DNA of 64,000 nt from Candidatus Shapirobacteria bacterium (GCA_028704635.1 JAQWFB010000001.1:133541-197540), one strand, 5' to 3'. Shown: positions 18,855 to 28,074, counted from the first letter of the stretch. Program-made: numbers and translations. The notes: generated by a model from the letters alone, not told the origin.

Positions 18855-19313
18855 ATGATAACTATTAAAAGAATAATTGTTTCTGCTTTAATTTTTTCTA
18901 AAGAAAATAAATTATTTATGGGTCAAAAAGATCCAACCGGTGGAGGAGTTTACTCTGATTGTTGGCATATTCCTGGTGGTGGAGTTGACGAAGGAGAAAC
19001 TAAAAAAATTGCTTTGATTAGAGAAATAAAAGAAGAAGTTGGAATAGATATTTCTCAAAAAAAAATTGAATTAATCGATGATCAAGGTATTGGAACGACC
19101 GAAAAAATAATTAAAAATACTGGAGAGAAAGTTTTATGTGAAATGGAATTCAATGTTTATAAAATCAAGTTAAATCAAAACGCCGATAATATTCAAATAA
19201 ATTTATCCGATGATTTAGTTAAATATAAATGGTTTGAAATTTCAGAATTAACTAATACTAGATTAACCCCACCGTCAGAAAAATTATTTAAAAAACTAGG
19301 ATTTATTTTTTAA
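18855..19313 (+). CDS. NUDIX hydrolase.
   Basis: Nudix box GGGVDEGETKKIALIREIKEEVGI (Gx5Ex7REUxEExGU). Confidence 0.75.
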   Translation: MITIKRIIVSALIFSKENKLFMGQKDPTGGGVYSDCWHIPGGGVDEGETKKIALIREIKEEVGIDISQKKIELIDDQGIGTTEKIIKNTGEKVLCEMEFNVYKIKLNQNADNIQINLSDDLVKYKWFEISELTNTRLTPPSEKLFKKLGFIF

Positions 19314-19351
19314 TAAAAAGATTTAAAAAAATTATAAAGTTATAATAAATC

Positions 19352-21325
19352 ATGATCACTCTTGATTCTCCTGAATTAAAAAATATTTCTCCCCAAAAAT
19401 TAGGCGAACTTCTAATCGAAGCCAAAAAGGCTTACTACACCGACAGTAAACCCATTATGGATGATCACACCTTCGATACTCTCGAGGATATATTGCGAAA
19501 AATTAATCCTTATCATCGAATATTTACCAAAGTTGGTACTTCCCGCTTCAACACCGGTTTTGACAAAAAAAAGCATTCCATGCCTATGGGCTCCCAAAAC
19601 AAAGTCAATAAAATCGACGATCTCATTCATTATTTTGAATTAAAAAAAATTCCCTCCGACACCGATTTTGTCGTTCAACCAAAATGTGACGGCATTTCTT
19701 TGGAAATCGAATATAAAAATGGCAAATTAGTTGATGCTATCACTCGCGGCAACGGCGAAATAGGGGATGTTATTACCCAAAATGTGGTAAAAATGAAAAA
19801 TTTTGTCAAAGAATTTAAAGATAATTTTTCCGGCTCAGTCCGCTGTGAAATCGTCATGCTTGAAAAAGATTTTCAAAAAATAATAAAAAACCGCCCTGTC
19901 AAGGGAGGTGGCCCCGCCACAGTGGGGACGGAGGGTTTTTATAGTAACTCACGCAACGCCACTTCCGGCATATCTCAAAGACTCGACGGCAAATTTTCCG
20001 AACTCTGCAGTCTCTACGCTGTCGATATTTTTTCCCACCAAAAACAATTTGTCACCGAAGTTGAAAAAATCGATTTTTTAAAACACCACGGTTTCACCCC
20101 GGTCGAAGATCTTCATTGTCAAACCTTCGATCAAATCGAAAAAATCTATCAAGAATTTTTATTTGAAAAAAGAAAAAATTATCCTTTTGAAATCGACGGC
20201 CTCGTTATTAAAATTAACGACACTCAATTAGAGCATCGTCTCGGTTCCAAAAATAATCGTCCCAAAGGTCAAGTGGCCTACAAATTTCCATCCCGCTCCA
20301 GTCAAACTAGAATTATAAATATCAATTGGCAAGTTGGTCCCATGGGAACCATTACTCCTGTCGCTGAAGTCGATCCTATTGAAATTTCCGGCGCTATCAT
20401 TACTTTTGCCTCATTGGCCAATTATGATTTGATCAAAGAAAAAAATATTAATATTGACGACATCGTTGAAATTCAAAGAAGAGGGGATGTCATCCCTCAT
20501 ATTGAAAATGTCATTACTAAAATTAAATCAGGCCACATCATTGCCCCAGAAATTTGTCCTTCTTGTGGCACCAAATTAATCATCGACAATAAATTTCTCC
20601 GCTGTCCCAATCTTAAAAATTGTCCCACTCAAATTCTAGGTTCCCTTAAATTATTTTGTAGCACTTTGGAAATCAAAGGTATTTCCGAAAAAACCATCGA
20701 CAAACTTTATCAAGTAAAATTACTTCGCCTTCCTGGTGATTTTTATGATCTAAAAGTTTCCGATTTTGAAAAACTTTTCGGTCTCGGTCATAAGTCTGGA
20801 ACCAATATTATTAATGAAATTCAAAATAAAAGAAAACTATCATTAAAACAAATTTTTGACGCCGCAATTATTCCCAATTTTAGTTCCCAACGAATTATTC
20901 AACTGATTAACGCTGGTTTCGACACTCCTGAAAAAATTTTAAATATCACCATCGATCAGCTCGAAGCACTTCCCGGAATTCAAATTACTTTGGCTCAAAA
21001 AATTTATCAGGGTATTCAGAATCGCAAGGATTTTATTCAGTCTATTCTTGTCCATGTAGAAACGCCAGATCTGGCGTCTCTACAAAAAATACCAAAAAAA
21101 TTATTTGGCTTGTCTTTCGCAATAACAGGTTCTTTAGAAAAACCCAGAAAAGAAATTGAGGATCAAATCATTTCTCTCGGTGGTCAGTTAGCCTCCTCAG
21201 TTTCCAAAAACACTGATTATTTAATCACTAACGAAACTGAAGCCAATTCCAATAAATTTTTAAACGCCAAAAAATTTGGGATCAAAATAATTTCTGAAGC
21301 CGAGTTTGAATCATTAGCAGTCTAA
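19352..21325 (+). CDS. ligA: NAD-dependent DNA ligase LigA.
   Basis: Adenylation motif KCDGISLEI (KxDG), Zn finger CPSCGTKL..CPNLKNC, HhH region, C-terminal BRCT. Confidence 0.9.
   Translation: MITLDSPELKNISPQKLGELLIEAKKAYYTDSKPIMDDHTFDTLEDILRKINPYHRIFTKVGTSRFNTGFDKKKHSMPMGSQNKVNKIDDLIHYFELKKIPSDTDFVVQPKCDGISLEIEYKNGKLVDAITRGNGEIGDVITQNVVKMKNFVKEFKDNFSGSVRCEIVMLEKDFQKIIKNRPVKGGGPATVGTEGFYSNSRNATSGISQRLDGKFSELCSLYAVDIFSHQKQFVTEVEKIDFLKHHGFTPVEDLHCQTFDQIEKIYQEFLFEKRKNYPFEIDGLVIKINDTQLEHRLGSKNNRPKGQVAYKFPSRSSQTRIININWQVGPMGTITPVAEVDPIEISGAIITFASLANYDLIKEKNINIDDIVEIQRRGDVIPHIENVITKIKSGHIIAPEICPSCGTKLIIDNKFLRCPNLKNCPTQILGSLKLFCSTLEIKGISEKTIDKLYQVKLLRLPGDFYDLKVSDFEKLFGLGHKSGTNIINEIQNKRKLSLKQIFDAAIIPNFSSQRIIQLINAGFDTPEKILNITIDQLEALPGIQITLAQKIYQGIQNRKDFIQSILVHVETPDLASLQKIPKKLFGLSFAITGSLEKPRKEIEDQIISLGGQLASSVSKNTDYLITNETEANSNKFLNAKKFGIKIISEAEFESLAV
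19891..19936 (+). repeat. GC-rich insert-like patch inside ligA. It shares the 11-mer TGTCAAGGGAG with a patch in cysS (58707-58740).
   Basis: ccgccctgtcaagggaggtggccccgccacagtggggacggaggg, in an ~33% GC gene. It encodes PVKGGGPATVGTEGF where LigA homologues are shorter. Confidence 0.4.
21055..21084. repeat. 30-bp palindrome (one mismatch) inserted in-frame in ligA; family member.
   Basis: tGTAGAAACGCCAGATCTGGCGTCTCTACa encodes VETPDLASLQ. Confidence 0.8.
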
Positions 21326-21454
21326 TACTTAGACTGCTAATTAAACATCAAAATCTACTTTTTCCTATCTTTAGGTATAAATACATATCAATATATATCT
21401 AAATACTATATATATACTATTATATATATCAAATTCTAAATGCTAAAATAAACC

Positions 21455-21646
21455 ATGGAATGTAAACAATTAATTAATAAAAAAGATTGTCCTTGTACTT
21501 ATGACTGTGAGATAAAAGGTAGGTGTTGTGAATGTATAAAATCCCATTTAAAAGATAAAGAATTGCCAGCTTGTTGTTTTAACCAAGAAACTGAAAAAAC
21601 TTACGACAGATCATTTAAAAAATTTATTGAAGAAAATTCAAAATAA
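21455..21646 (+). CDS. Small Cys-rich hypothetical protein (63 aa).
   Basis: CPCTYDCEIKGRCCECIKSH..PACC. Preceded by a TA-rich low-complexity promoter region (21330-21450). Confidence 0.4.
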   Translation: MECKQLINKKDCPCTYDCEIKGRCCECIKSHLKDKELPACCFNQETEKTYDRSFKKFIEENSK

Positions 21647-21654
21647 TAAACTAT

Positions 21655-22188
21655 ATGAAACTAATCGTCGGTCTCGGCAATCCAGATAAACAATATCAAA
21701 ATACTCGCCATAATTTAGGTCAAAATATTGTTAAAGAATATGTAGAGACGTTTTGCAAAACGTCTCTACATATCAAACAAAACCTTTCTGCCCAAATTTT
21801 TGAAATCGGGCAAGGGAGTGATAAAACAATTTTTGCCATCCCCACTGAATATATGAACAATTCAGGAATCACTGTTCAAAAAATTTCTCAATTTTACAAA
21901 ATTTCTCCTTTAAACATTTATATTATTCATGACGACCTTGATTTAGAGGTAGGAGATTATAAAATTCAATTTGATCGTGGCCCAGCTGGACACAATGGTA
22001 TTAAATCTATCATTGAAAACCTAGGTACTCAACAATTTAATCGCATTAGAATTGGCATCGGTAAATCTCAAAATAATATCCCTGTTGAAGATTATGTCCT
22101 CCAACCATTTTCCTCCCAAGAAAAAGATATAATCAACATTTTAACCCCTGAAATATTTGAAGAAATAAAAAATATTTTGGGCCCATAG
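21655..22188 (+). CDS. pth: Peptidyl-tRNA hydrolase.
   Basis: MKLIVGLGNPDKQY..TRHNLG at the N-terminus (catalytic His), Pth length. Confidence 0.85.
   Translation: MKLIVGLGNPDKQYQNTRHNLGQNIVKEYVETFCKTSLHIKQNLSAQIFEIGQGSDKTIFAIPTEYMNNSGITVQKISQFYKISPLNIYIIHDDLDLEVGDYKIQFDRGPAGHNGIKSIIENLGTQQFNRIRIGIGKSQNNIPVEDYVLQPFSSQEKDIINILTPEIFEEIKNILGP
21738..21773. repeat. 36-bp perfect GC-rich palindrome inserted in-frame in pth; archetype of the family.
   Basis: ATATGTAGAGACGTTTTGCAAAACGTCTCTACATAT equals its own reverse complement. It encodes (Y)VETFCKTSLH(I). Confidence 0.85.
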
Positions 22189-22252
22189 TCTAGTGGTAAA
22201 ACATCTCAGTCGCACTGAGTCATCGGCGGTTCAAATCCGCCTGGGTCCACCA
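22179..22252 (+). tRNA. tRNA-Ala (anticodon CGC, tentative), CCA encoded.
   Basis: Acceptor stem GGGCCCA/TGGGTCC with a G3:U70 pair (Ala identity element). T-arm GGCGG-TTCAAAT-CCGCC. Anticodon loop GTCGCAC (U33, A37). 3' end ACCA. It overlaps the pth stop and the ATG of the next ORF. Confidence 0.7.
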
Positions 22253-23781
22253 TGGTAAAAATCGTTTTAAAATCAGTCGTAAAATCAGTTGGTCACGGAA
22301 TTAAAAATGACCCTGAAATTAAACGCATCTATAATAGATATCCAAAAACTTTTAGATTTATCAAAAACCGACTTACCCCCAATGAAAAATATGGTCTCTA
22401 TTTAACCATTGGTAGCCTGATTACTTTATTTTTCATTTATCTTTTTTTTGAAGTTATTCAAAGTTACGTCGGACAAGAAGCTCTCATCCGCGCCGATCTA
22501 AGAATCATAAATCTCATCAGTCATTTTCGCACCTCAAAACTAAACCAATTCATGCTTTTTATCACTTATTTAGCTCAAGGAGAAATCATTGCCGTTGCTG
22601 TTATTTTTTCCTTAATAATTTTATATTTGCTTCGCAAATGGTCATATATTCGCAGCCTTTTAGTTTTTGTGGTCGGAGGAGAATTATTTGTTTGGATCAT
22701 TAAAAATATTATTGATAGACCACGACCTCCATTAACAGAAGCTCTTGTCACTGAAACCAGTTATAGTTTTCCCAGCGGCCACAGTTTCATTGCGGTTGCC
22801 TTTTATGGTCTTATTGTTTTTTTTCTTTTCGACAGTCTCAAAAAAAAATATTTAAAAATTATCAGTCTAATTTTGGGGATTATTTTAGTAATTTTAATCG
22901 GTGCGTCTAGAATCTATCTTGGTGCTCATTGGCCATCAGATGTCCTGGCCAGTTATACTTCCGGACTCGCCTGGCTTACTATTATTATTACTATCACTCA
23001 TATTAAGAAAAAATTTAATTCCAAAATAATCCAAGCACCTCATTTACCACATAAAACCATAACTAAAATTAGCATTCTATTAATAATAATCTTTTCTTTT
23101 ATTGTTTATCTATTTTATAAAAGTCATCCACTTAAAAATATAACCATCGCTCCAATTTCTAAAACGATTATCCAAACCAACGAAATTGATACCAAATTAT
23201 TTACAACCTTACCTAAAATCAGCGAAACCATCACTGCCGCCCTAGCCGAACCAATTAACATCATTATTGTTGCTAATAAAGAAATTTTAAATAAAGCCCT
23301 CATTGATTCTGGTTGGTTTTTATTAGATCAAATTAGCCCAAAAACCAGCCTAAAAATTATTAGTTCCATTACCAAAAATAAATCGTATCCTCAAACACCT
23401 GGTCTTCCAGTTTTTTGGGATACTCGTTCCAACGACATCGGCTTTGGTAAACCAACCCAAGAAAATCTGGCCTCCTCTCGTCATCATATTCATTTTTGGG
23501 AAACTAATTTTATTACTTCTGACAACCAACTAATTTGGGTTGGCACTGCTCATTTCGACCAAGAGATAAAAACTATTGGTAAAATAATTTTACCTATCCA
23601 CACCACCGATCAAATGGTCGATAAAGAAAGGGAAGACATTAAAAATACTTTAGAACAAAATGGTTTTGTGAAATCATTTGAAAAAATTAATCTCACTGGT
23701 TTAACCTATGGATCCAAAAAAAGTGGCAACAATTTCCTTACCGACGGCCAAGCTTACATTTTATATCTTCAAGACAAATGA
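22252..23781 (+). CDS. PAP2-family membrane phosphatase with an extra C-terminal domain. The annotated ATG overlaps the tRNA, so the real start is probably downstream.
   Basis: PAP2 motifs IDRPRPP, PSGHS, SRIYLGAHWPSDV. Multiple TM segments. Confidence 0.7.
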   Translation: MVKIVLKSVVKSVGHGIKNDPEIKRIYNRYPKTFRFIKNRLTPNEKYGLYLTIGSLITLFFIYLFFEVIQSYVGQEALIRADLRIINLISHFRTSKLNQFMLFITYLAQGEIIAVAVIFSLIILYLLRKWSYIRSLLVFVVGGELFVWIIKNIIDRPRPPLTEALVTETSYSFPSGHSFIAVAFYGLIVFFLFDSLKKKYLKIISLILGIILVILIGASRIYLGAHWPSDVLASYTSGLAWLTIIITITHIKKKFNSKIIQAPHLPHKTITKISILLIIIFSFIVYLFYKSHPLKNITIAPISKTIIQTNEIDTKLFTTLPKISETITAALAEPINIIIVANKEILNKALIDSGWFLLDQISPKTSLKIISSITKNKSYPQTPGLPVFWDTRSNDIGFGKPTQENLASSRHHIHFWETNFITSDNQLIWVGTAHFDQEIKTIGKIILPIHTTDQMVDKEREDIKNTLEQNGFVKSFEKINLTGLTYGSKKSGNNFLTDGQAYILYLQDK

Positions 23782-24089
23782 CCAAAAACCAACCAACTGC
23801 AATTGGAGATCAACTATTTAAATTTAAAGAAACTTTAGATCAGCGTAAAAAATATGTCAAAAATGAATTCCAAGCTTATGGTCTTGAATTAGCCAAAGAA
23901 TTAGGTGATTGGAAAAACAAATCTCTTTATCTTAGATTGGCCAAAACTGTCGATCGTCAAATTTTAGAAAGAGCCAGATATTTTGTTAAAGATCAAAACC
24001 CCGGTGCCATTAAAACTCCTTATAAGCTTTTTATGTGGAAACTAAAAGAATTAAAAAAATCTAAGACCGATTTGACAAACGCAACTTAG
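23778..24089 (+). CDS. Hypothetical protein (103 aa).
   Basis: Intact ORF, start overlaps the upstream stop. No motif recognised. Confidence 0.4.
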   Translation: MTKNQPTAIGDQLFKFKETLDQRKKYVKNEFQAYGLELAKELGDWKNKSLYLRLAKTVDRQILERARYFVKDQNPGAIKTPYKLFMWKLKELKKSKTDLTNAT

Positions 24090-24106
24090 TTGCATATAAT
24101 CACTCT

Positions 24107-24541
24107 ATGTTCGATTCTGATCCTACTAAAATTTGTTCCACCCTTAAATGCCGTCATACCAAACTTCGTATGGCGCTAGGTCATATTTTTCATAACACTA
24201 AAACACCAATCTCTGTTGCCGATATTCAACAAATTTTTAAATCTCAAAATTTCAAAATTAACAAAACCAGTATTTATCGCGAACTAAAATTTCTTACCAA
24301 AAATTATATGCTTAACGAAATTCAACTTGATGGAATTTCCACTAGATATGAATTTAATAAAACTAATCCAAAATCATATCTAATATGTACTAAATGCGAC
24401 CAAATTATTCCCATTGAAATTGATAATCAAATTTTCGAAACTGAATCACAAAAAATATCTAAAAAAAATAACTTTATTATCAATCGTCATTCATTAATAT
24501 TTTTTGGACATTGTCATAAATGTCAGCAAAATCATTTATAA
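24107..24541 (+). CDS. Fur-family metal-responsive transcriptional regulator.
   Basis: wHTH-like N-terminus (SIYRELKFL), metal site ICTKCDQ....GHCHKCQQ (CxxC...HxHxxC) typical of Fur/Zur/PerR. Confidence 0.65.
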   Translation: MFDSDPTKICSTLKCRHTKLRMALGHIFHNTKTPISVADIQQIFKSQNFKINKTSIYRELKFLTKNYMLNEIQLDGISTRYEFNKTNPKSYLICTKCDQIIPIEIDNQIFETESQKISKKNNFIINRHSLIFFGHCHKCQQNHL

Positions 24542-24558
24542 TATAAATATAAAAATCT

Positions 24559-25596
24559 ATGAAAAAATTTTTTTCCATTAAAAAAATTATTACTATTGCT
24601 GTAATTTTACTTATAGCTATAGGGGTAACCATTAAAGTTAGATCGGATGGAAACAAAGCTCAAACTTTCGATATTAAAACTGAGTCCACTGTTTCTCCAA
24701 CTAGACAAAATATAAAAGAGGAAATTACTCTAACGGGATCTATCGATGCCACCTCAAAAGCCAACCTTCAATTTCAAACCAGTGGACAACTCGCTTGGGT
24801 TGGGGTTAAAGTCGGTGACAAGGTTAAAAAATATCAAGCCATCGCTAGTCTAAATAAAGAAATTTTAAAAAAACAACTTCAATCCGATTTTAATAATTAC
24901 AAAACAGCTGCTTCTAATTTTTACGATAAAGCCGATGAATACAAAGATTCTGTTCTCACCACTGAAGTTAGAAGAATTCTTGAACGTAATCAAAATACTT
25001 TAGATAATTCTGTTATCAATTATGAACTTCAAGATTTGGCCATTAAATACTCCACATTAATTTCACCTATTACTGGTGTAGTTGTCGATATCGAACAACC
25101 CAACAGTGGTGTTAACGTCACTCCTAGTAGCGCTTCTTTTGTCATTATTGATCCAAACAGTATTTATTTTAGGTCAAAAATTGATCAAGAAGATGTTCCA
25201 AAAATAAAAGTTGGAGACAAAACAACTATCAAACTGGATAGTTTTCCAGAAAAAACATTTGAATCAGAAATAGAATACATTGCTTTTACCCCAATTACCG
25301 GAGAATCAAATACTATATACGAACTTAGATTTAAATTTCCAAAAGAAAATGACAACCTTCAATATCGTCTTGGTATGGATGGGGATGCTGTTATCTCTCT
25401 AAAAGAAGTTGAAAATGCTTTAACTGTTCCAGTAGAATCACTTCATCAAGAAAACGGTCAGATTTATGTCTTTGTAAAAGAAAATGATAATACTAATATG
25501 TCTAAAAAATATATTAAAACTGGCATTGAAACTGATACTTTTGTTGAAATTTTAGAAGGACTTTCCGAAAATGACCAAATCGTCATCACTAAATAA
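24559..25596 (+). CDS. Efflux transporter periplasmic adaptor (HlyD/MacA-like membrane fusion protein).
   Basis: N-terminal TM, coiled-coil middle and beta-barrel/lipoyl-like layout. Located upstream of the ABC ATPase and FtsX-type permease. Confidence 0.65.
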   Translation: MKKFFSIKKIITIAVILLIAIGVTIKVRSDGNKAQTFDIKTESTVSPTRQNIKEEITLTGSIDATSKANLQFQTSGQLAWVGVKVGDKVKKYQAIASLNKEILKKQLQSDFNNYKTAASNFYDKADEYKDSVLTTEVRRILERNQNTLDNSVINYELQDLAIKYSTLISPITGVVVDIEQPNSGVNVTPSSASFVIIDPNSIYFRSKIDQEDVPKIKVGDKTTIKLDSFPEKTFESEIEYIAFTPITGESNTIYELRFKFPKENDNLQYRLGMDGDAVISLKEVENALTVPVESLHQENGQIYVFVKENDNTNMSKKYIKTGIETDTFVEILEGLSENDQIVITK

Positions 25597-26266
25597 TTCT
25601 AAAACCATTTTAGAATTAAAAAATGTTTCCAAAACTTATTTTTCTAATGAAGATCTTTTTTATGCCCTTAAAAATGTTTCTTTAAAAATTAACGAAGGTG
25701 ATTTTATTTCTATTACCGGTCCGTCTGGATCCGGAAAATCAACCCTAATGCACATTATCGGTTTATTAGACAATCCCACTTCCGGTGAAGTTCTTTTAAA
25801 CAGAAAAAATATTTCTCAGCTTCCTGAAAAACAATTAGCTAAAATCAGAAATGTTACTCTTGGTTTTGTTTTTCAACAATTTAATTTATTAGCCAAGACG
25901 TCATCGTTAGAAAATGTTATTTTACCTTTGATTTATTCTGATGTTCCCCAAAAAGACAGAAATCAAATGGGTATAAAAATGCTGACCAAAGTTGGTCTTC
26001 AAGACAAATTTAAAAACACTCCAAGTCAGCTCTCTGGTGGTCAACAACAACGTGTGGCTATTGCTAGAGCACTAATAAATAATCCTCAAATAATTTTAGC
26101 CGACGAACCAACTGGAAATCTCGATAGTAAATCTGGTGCCGCCGTTATGGAATTTCTTCATCAATTAAACAAAGAGGGGAGAACTATTGTTTTTGTTACT
26201 CACGACGCAGATCTTGCCAAACAAGCTAAAAAAATTATTGTTATTAAAGACGGTCAAATAATTTAA
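25571..26266 (+). CDS. ABC transporter ATP-binding protein (MacB/LolD-like).
   Basis: Walker A GPSGSGKST, Q-loop, signature LSGGQQQRVAIARAL, Walker B ILADEPTGNLD, H-loop. Confidence 0.9.
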   Translation: MTKSSSLNNSKTILELKNVSKTYFSNEDLFYALKNVSLKINEGDFISITGPSGSGKSTLMHIIGLLDNPTSGEVLLNRKNISQLPEKQLAKIRNVTLGFVFQQFNLLAKTSSLENVILPLIYSDVPQKDRNQMGIKMLTKVGLQDKFKNTPSQLSGGQQQRVAIARALINNPQIILADEPTGNLDSKSGAAVMEFLHQLNKEGRTIVFVTHDADLAKQAKKIIVIKDGQII

Positions 26267-26268
26267 TT

Positions 26269-27486
26269 ATGCTCAAACCTTCATTTAACGAATTGCTTCG
26301 CTCCAGTATCCGCGCTATTTTAAAAAATAAAAGTCGAACTATTTTAACCTCCCTTGGAATTATTATTGGTGTTACCTCAGTGATCCTGCTAACCTCAATT
26401 GGTAATGGTCTTAAAAGTTATATCACTCAACAATTTGATTCTTTAGGAGCAAACTCTATTTATGTTATGCCTGGAAAAGTTTTTAATGAAAATGGTGGAT
26501 TCAGTAATAGCGGGGGAATGATGACTACCAGTTTCGTTCAAAAAGATATCAGTTCTCTAAAAAAAGAAATAAAAGATGTTGAAATTATTCCTGTTAATGC
26601 TGTATTTACTGATATCAGCTCATCCCAAGCCACTAAAAAATCAATCGAGATAGATGGTGCTACTGTAGGTTTTGGCAAAGCCACTAATCTTATTCCATCT
26701 AATAATAATGGTCGCTGGTTTACAAAAGAAGAAGAAGAAAAAAATACCTCCGTTATTGTTTTAGGCTACAAATTAGCCCAAGATCTTTTTCCTAAATCCG
26801 ATGCTCTTGGTAAAAAAGTAATAGTTAAAGGTAAAAATCTTAAGGTTATTGGTGTTGTCGACAAAAAGGGTGCATCAATGGGTGGACCAAGTATAGACGA
26901 CCAAGCATATGTTCCCTTATCTGTTGCTTTTAATTTTTCTGGAAATGAAAATATAAATACCATTTTAATTAAAACAGCCAGCAAAGAGGTAATTGAAAAA
27001 ACAAAAAAAGATATTACTAAAGCTATGTTGAAAAAATATGACTCAGATGCTTTTTCGGTTTTTGATAGTTCTCAGCTTTTAAATTCAATTAATTCAATTA
27101 TCAATGTTCTTACTATCGGTCTTAGTGGCATTGCTGCTATTTCCCTTGTTGTTGGCGGTATTGGCATTATGAACATTATGTTAGTTTCTGTCACCGAACG
27201 TACCAGAGAAATTGGTCTTAGAAAAGCTATCGGCGCTTCCCCAAACGCCATTTTAATTCAGTTTTTAATTGAAGCTGTTATTTTATCTTGTTTTGGTGGA
27301 ATAATAGGCATTATTCTTGGATTTTTAGGTACATTAGCTATTAATCCATTTTTTCCCGCTAAAATCACCCTATCTTCTGTCTTATTAGCTTTTGGTGTTT
27401 CTTCAGCTGTCGGTATTATCTTTGGAGTTGCTCCAGCCAGAAAAGCCTCCAAACTTTCACCAATCGAGGCCCTCAGATACGAGTAG
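26269..27486 (+). CDS. ABC transporter permease, MacB/FtsX family.
   Basis: N-terminal TM, large periplasmic domain, C-terminal FtsX-type 3-TM bundle. Confidence 0.8.
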   Translation: MLKPSFNELLRSSIRAILKNKSRTILTSLGIIIGVTSVILLTSIGNGLKSYITQQFDSLGANSIYVMPGKVFNENGGFSNSGGMMTTSFVQKDISSLKKEIKDVEIIPVNAVFTDISSSQATKKSIEIDGATVGFGKATNLIPSNNNGRWFTKEEEEKNTSVIVLGYKLAQDLFPKSDALGKKVIVKGKNLKVIGVVDKKGASMGGPSIDDQAYVPLSVAFNFSGNENINTILIKTASKEVIEKTKKDITKAMLKKYDSDAFSVFDSSQLLNSINSIINVLTIGLSGIAAISLVVGGIGIMNIMLVSVTERTREIGLRKAIGASPNAILIQFLIEAVILSCFGGIIGIILGFLGTLAINPFFPAKITLSSVLLAFGVSSAVGIIFGVAPARKASKLSPIEALRYE

Positions 27487-27510
27487 TTTTATTTTGCTAT
27501 TATTAATGTA

Positions 27511-28074
27511 GTGAAACAAAATTTACTATTTGATTTATTACCAACAATCATTGTCTTTTTTATAGTTTCCATTTTTTGGGTTATCTTTGGCGTTTCCAAT
27601 AGTGAAATAATTTATCTATTAATTGGCCTAATTTTAGGTCATATTTTTCTCGATCTCGATCATATTATTTATTGGTTTTACAGAAAACCCAATACTGAAG
27701 AAAGCAGAATTATTAAAAACACTTTCGAAAAAAAAGACTTTAAGTCGTTTTTTAAATTAATAAAAGCTGCCAGAACTAGTCATGATAATTTAATTTTCCA
27801 TCATTATTTTTTCCAAGTTAGCATTAATTTGATTTCCTTTTTTATTTTTATTTCTTCATCAAACACCTTCTGCCTTTCCTTTCTTTTATCTATCAATTTA
27901 CATCTTTTAACTGACGAAATTCGAGATTATTTAAGTAATCCCAAATTTCTTCAAAATTGGCTTTTTGCTCGAGAAGAAAAACAATTGTCAATCGAATCTC
28001 TTAAAAATTATTTAATAATTTTTAATATTCTCTTCTTTATTTTCTTGTTCCTTCTTGTAAAATCTAAAACATGA
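27511..28074 (+). CDS. Hypothetical membrane protein.
   Basis: Several TM segments. Its stop overlaps the start of the next ORF (ATGA). Confidence 0.45.
   Translation: MKQNLLFDLLPTIIVFFIVSIFWVIFGVSNSEIIYLLIGLILGHIFLDLDHIIYWFYRKPNTEESRIIKNTFEKKDFKSFFKLIKAARTSHDNLIFHHYFFQVSINLISFFIFISSSNTFCLSFLLSINLHLLTDEIRDYLSNPKFLQNWLFAREEKQLSIESLKNYLIIFNILFFIFLFLLVKSKT

Noticed and set aside
21746-21767. Considered that the GAGACG/CGTCTC sites point to engineered or synthetic DNA, since they are type IIS sites used in cloning.
   Set aside because: The sites sit inside larger perfect palindromes with natural-looking variation in the pilD and ligA copies. They are embedded in a coherent native genome context, so a natural repeat element is far more parsimonious.
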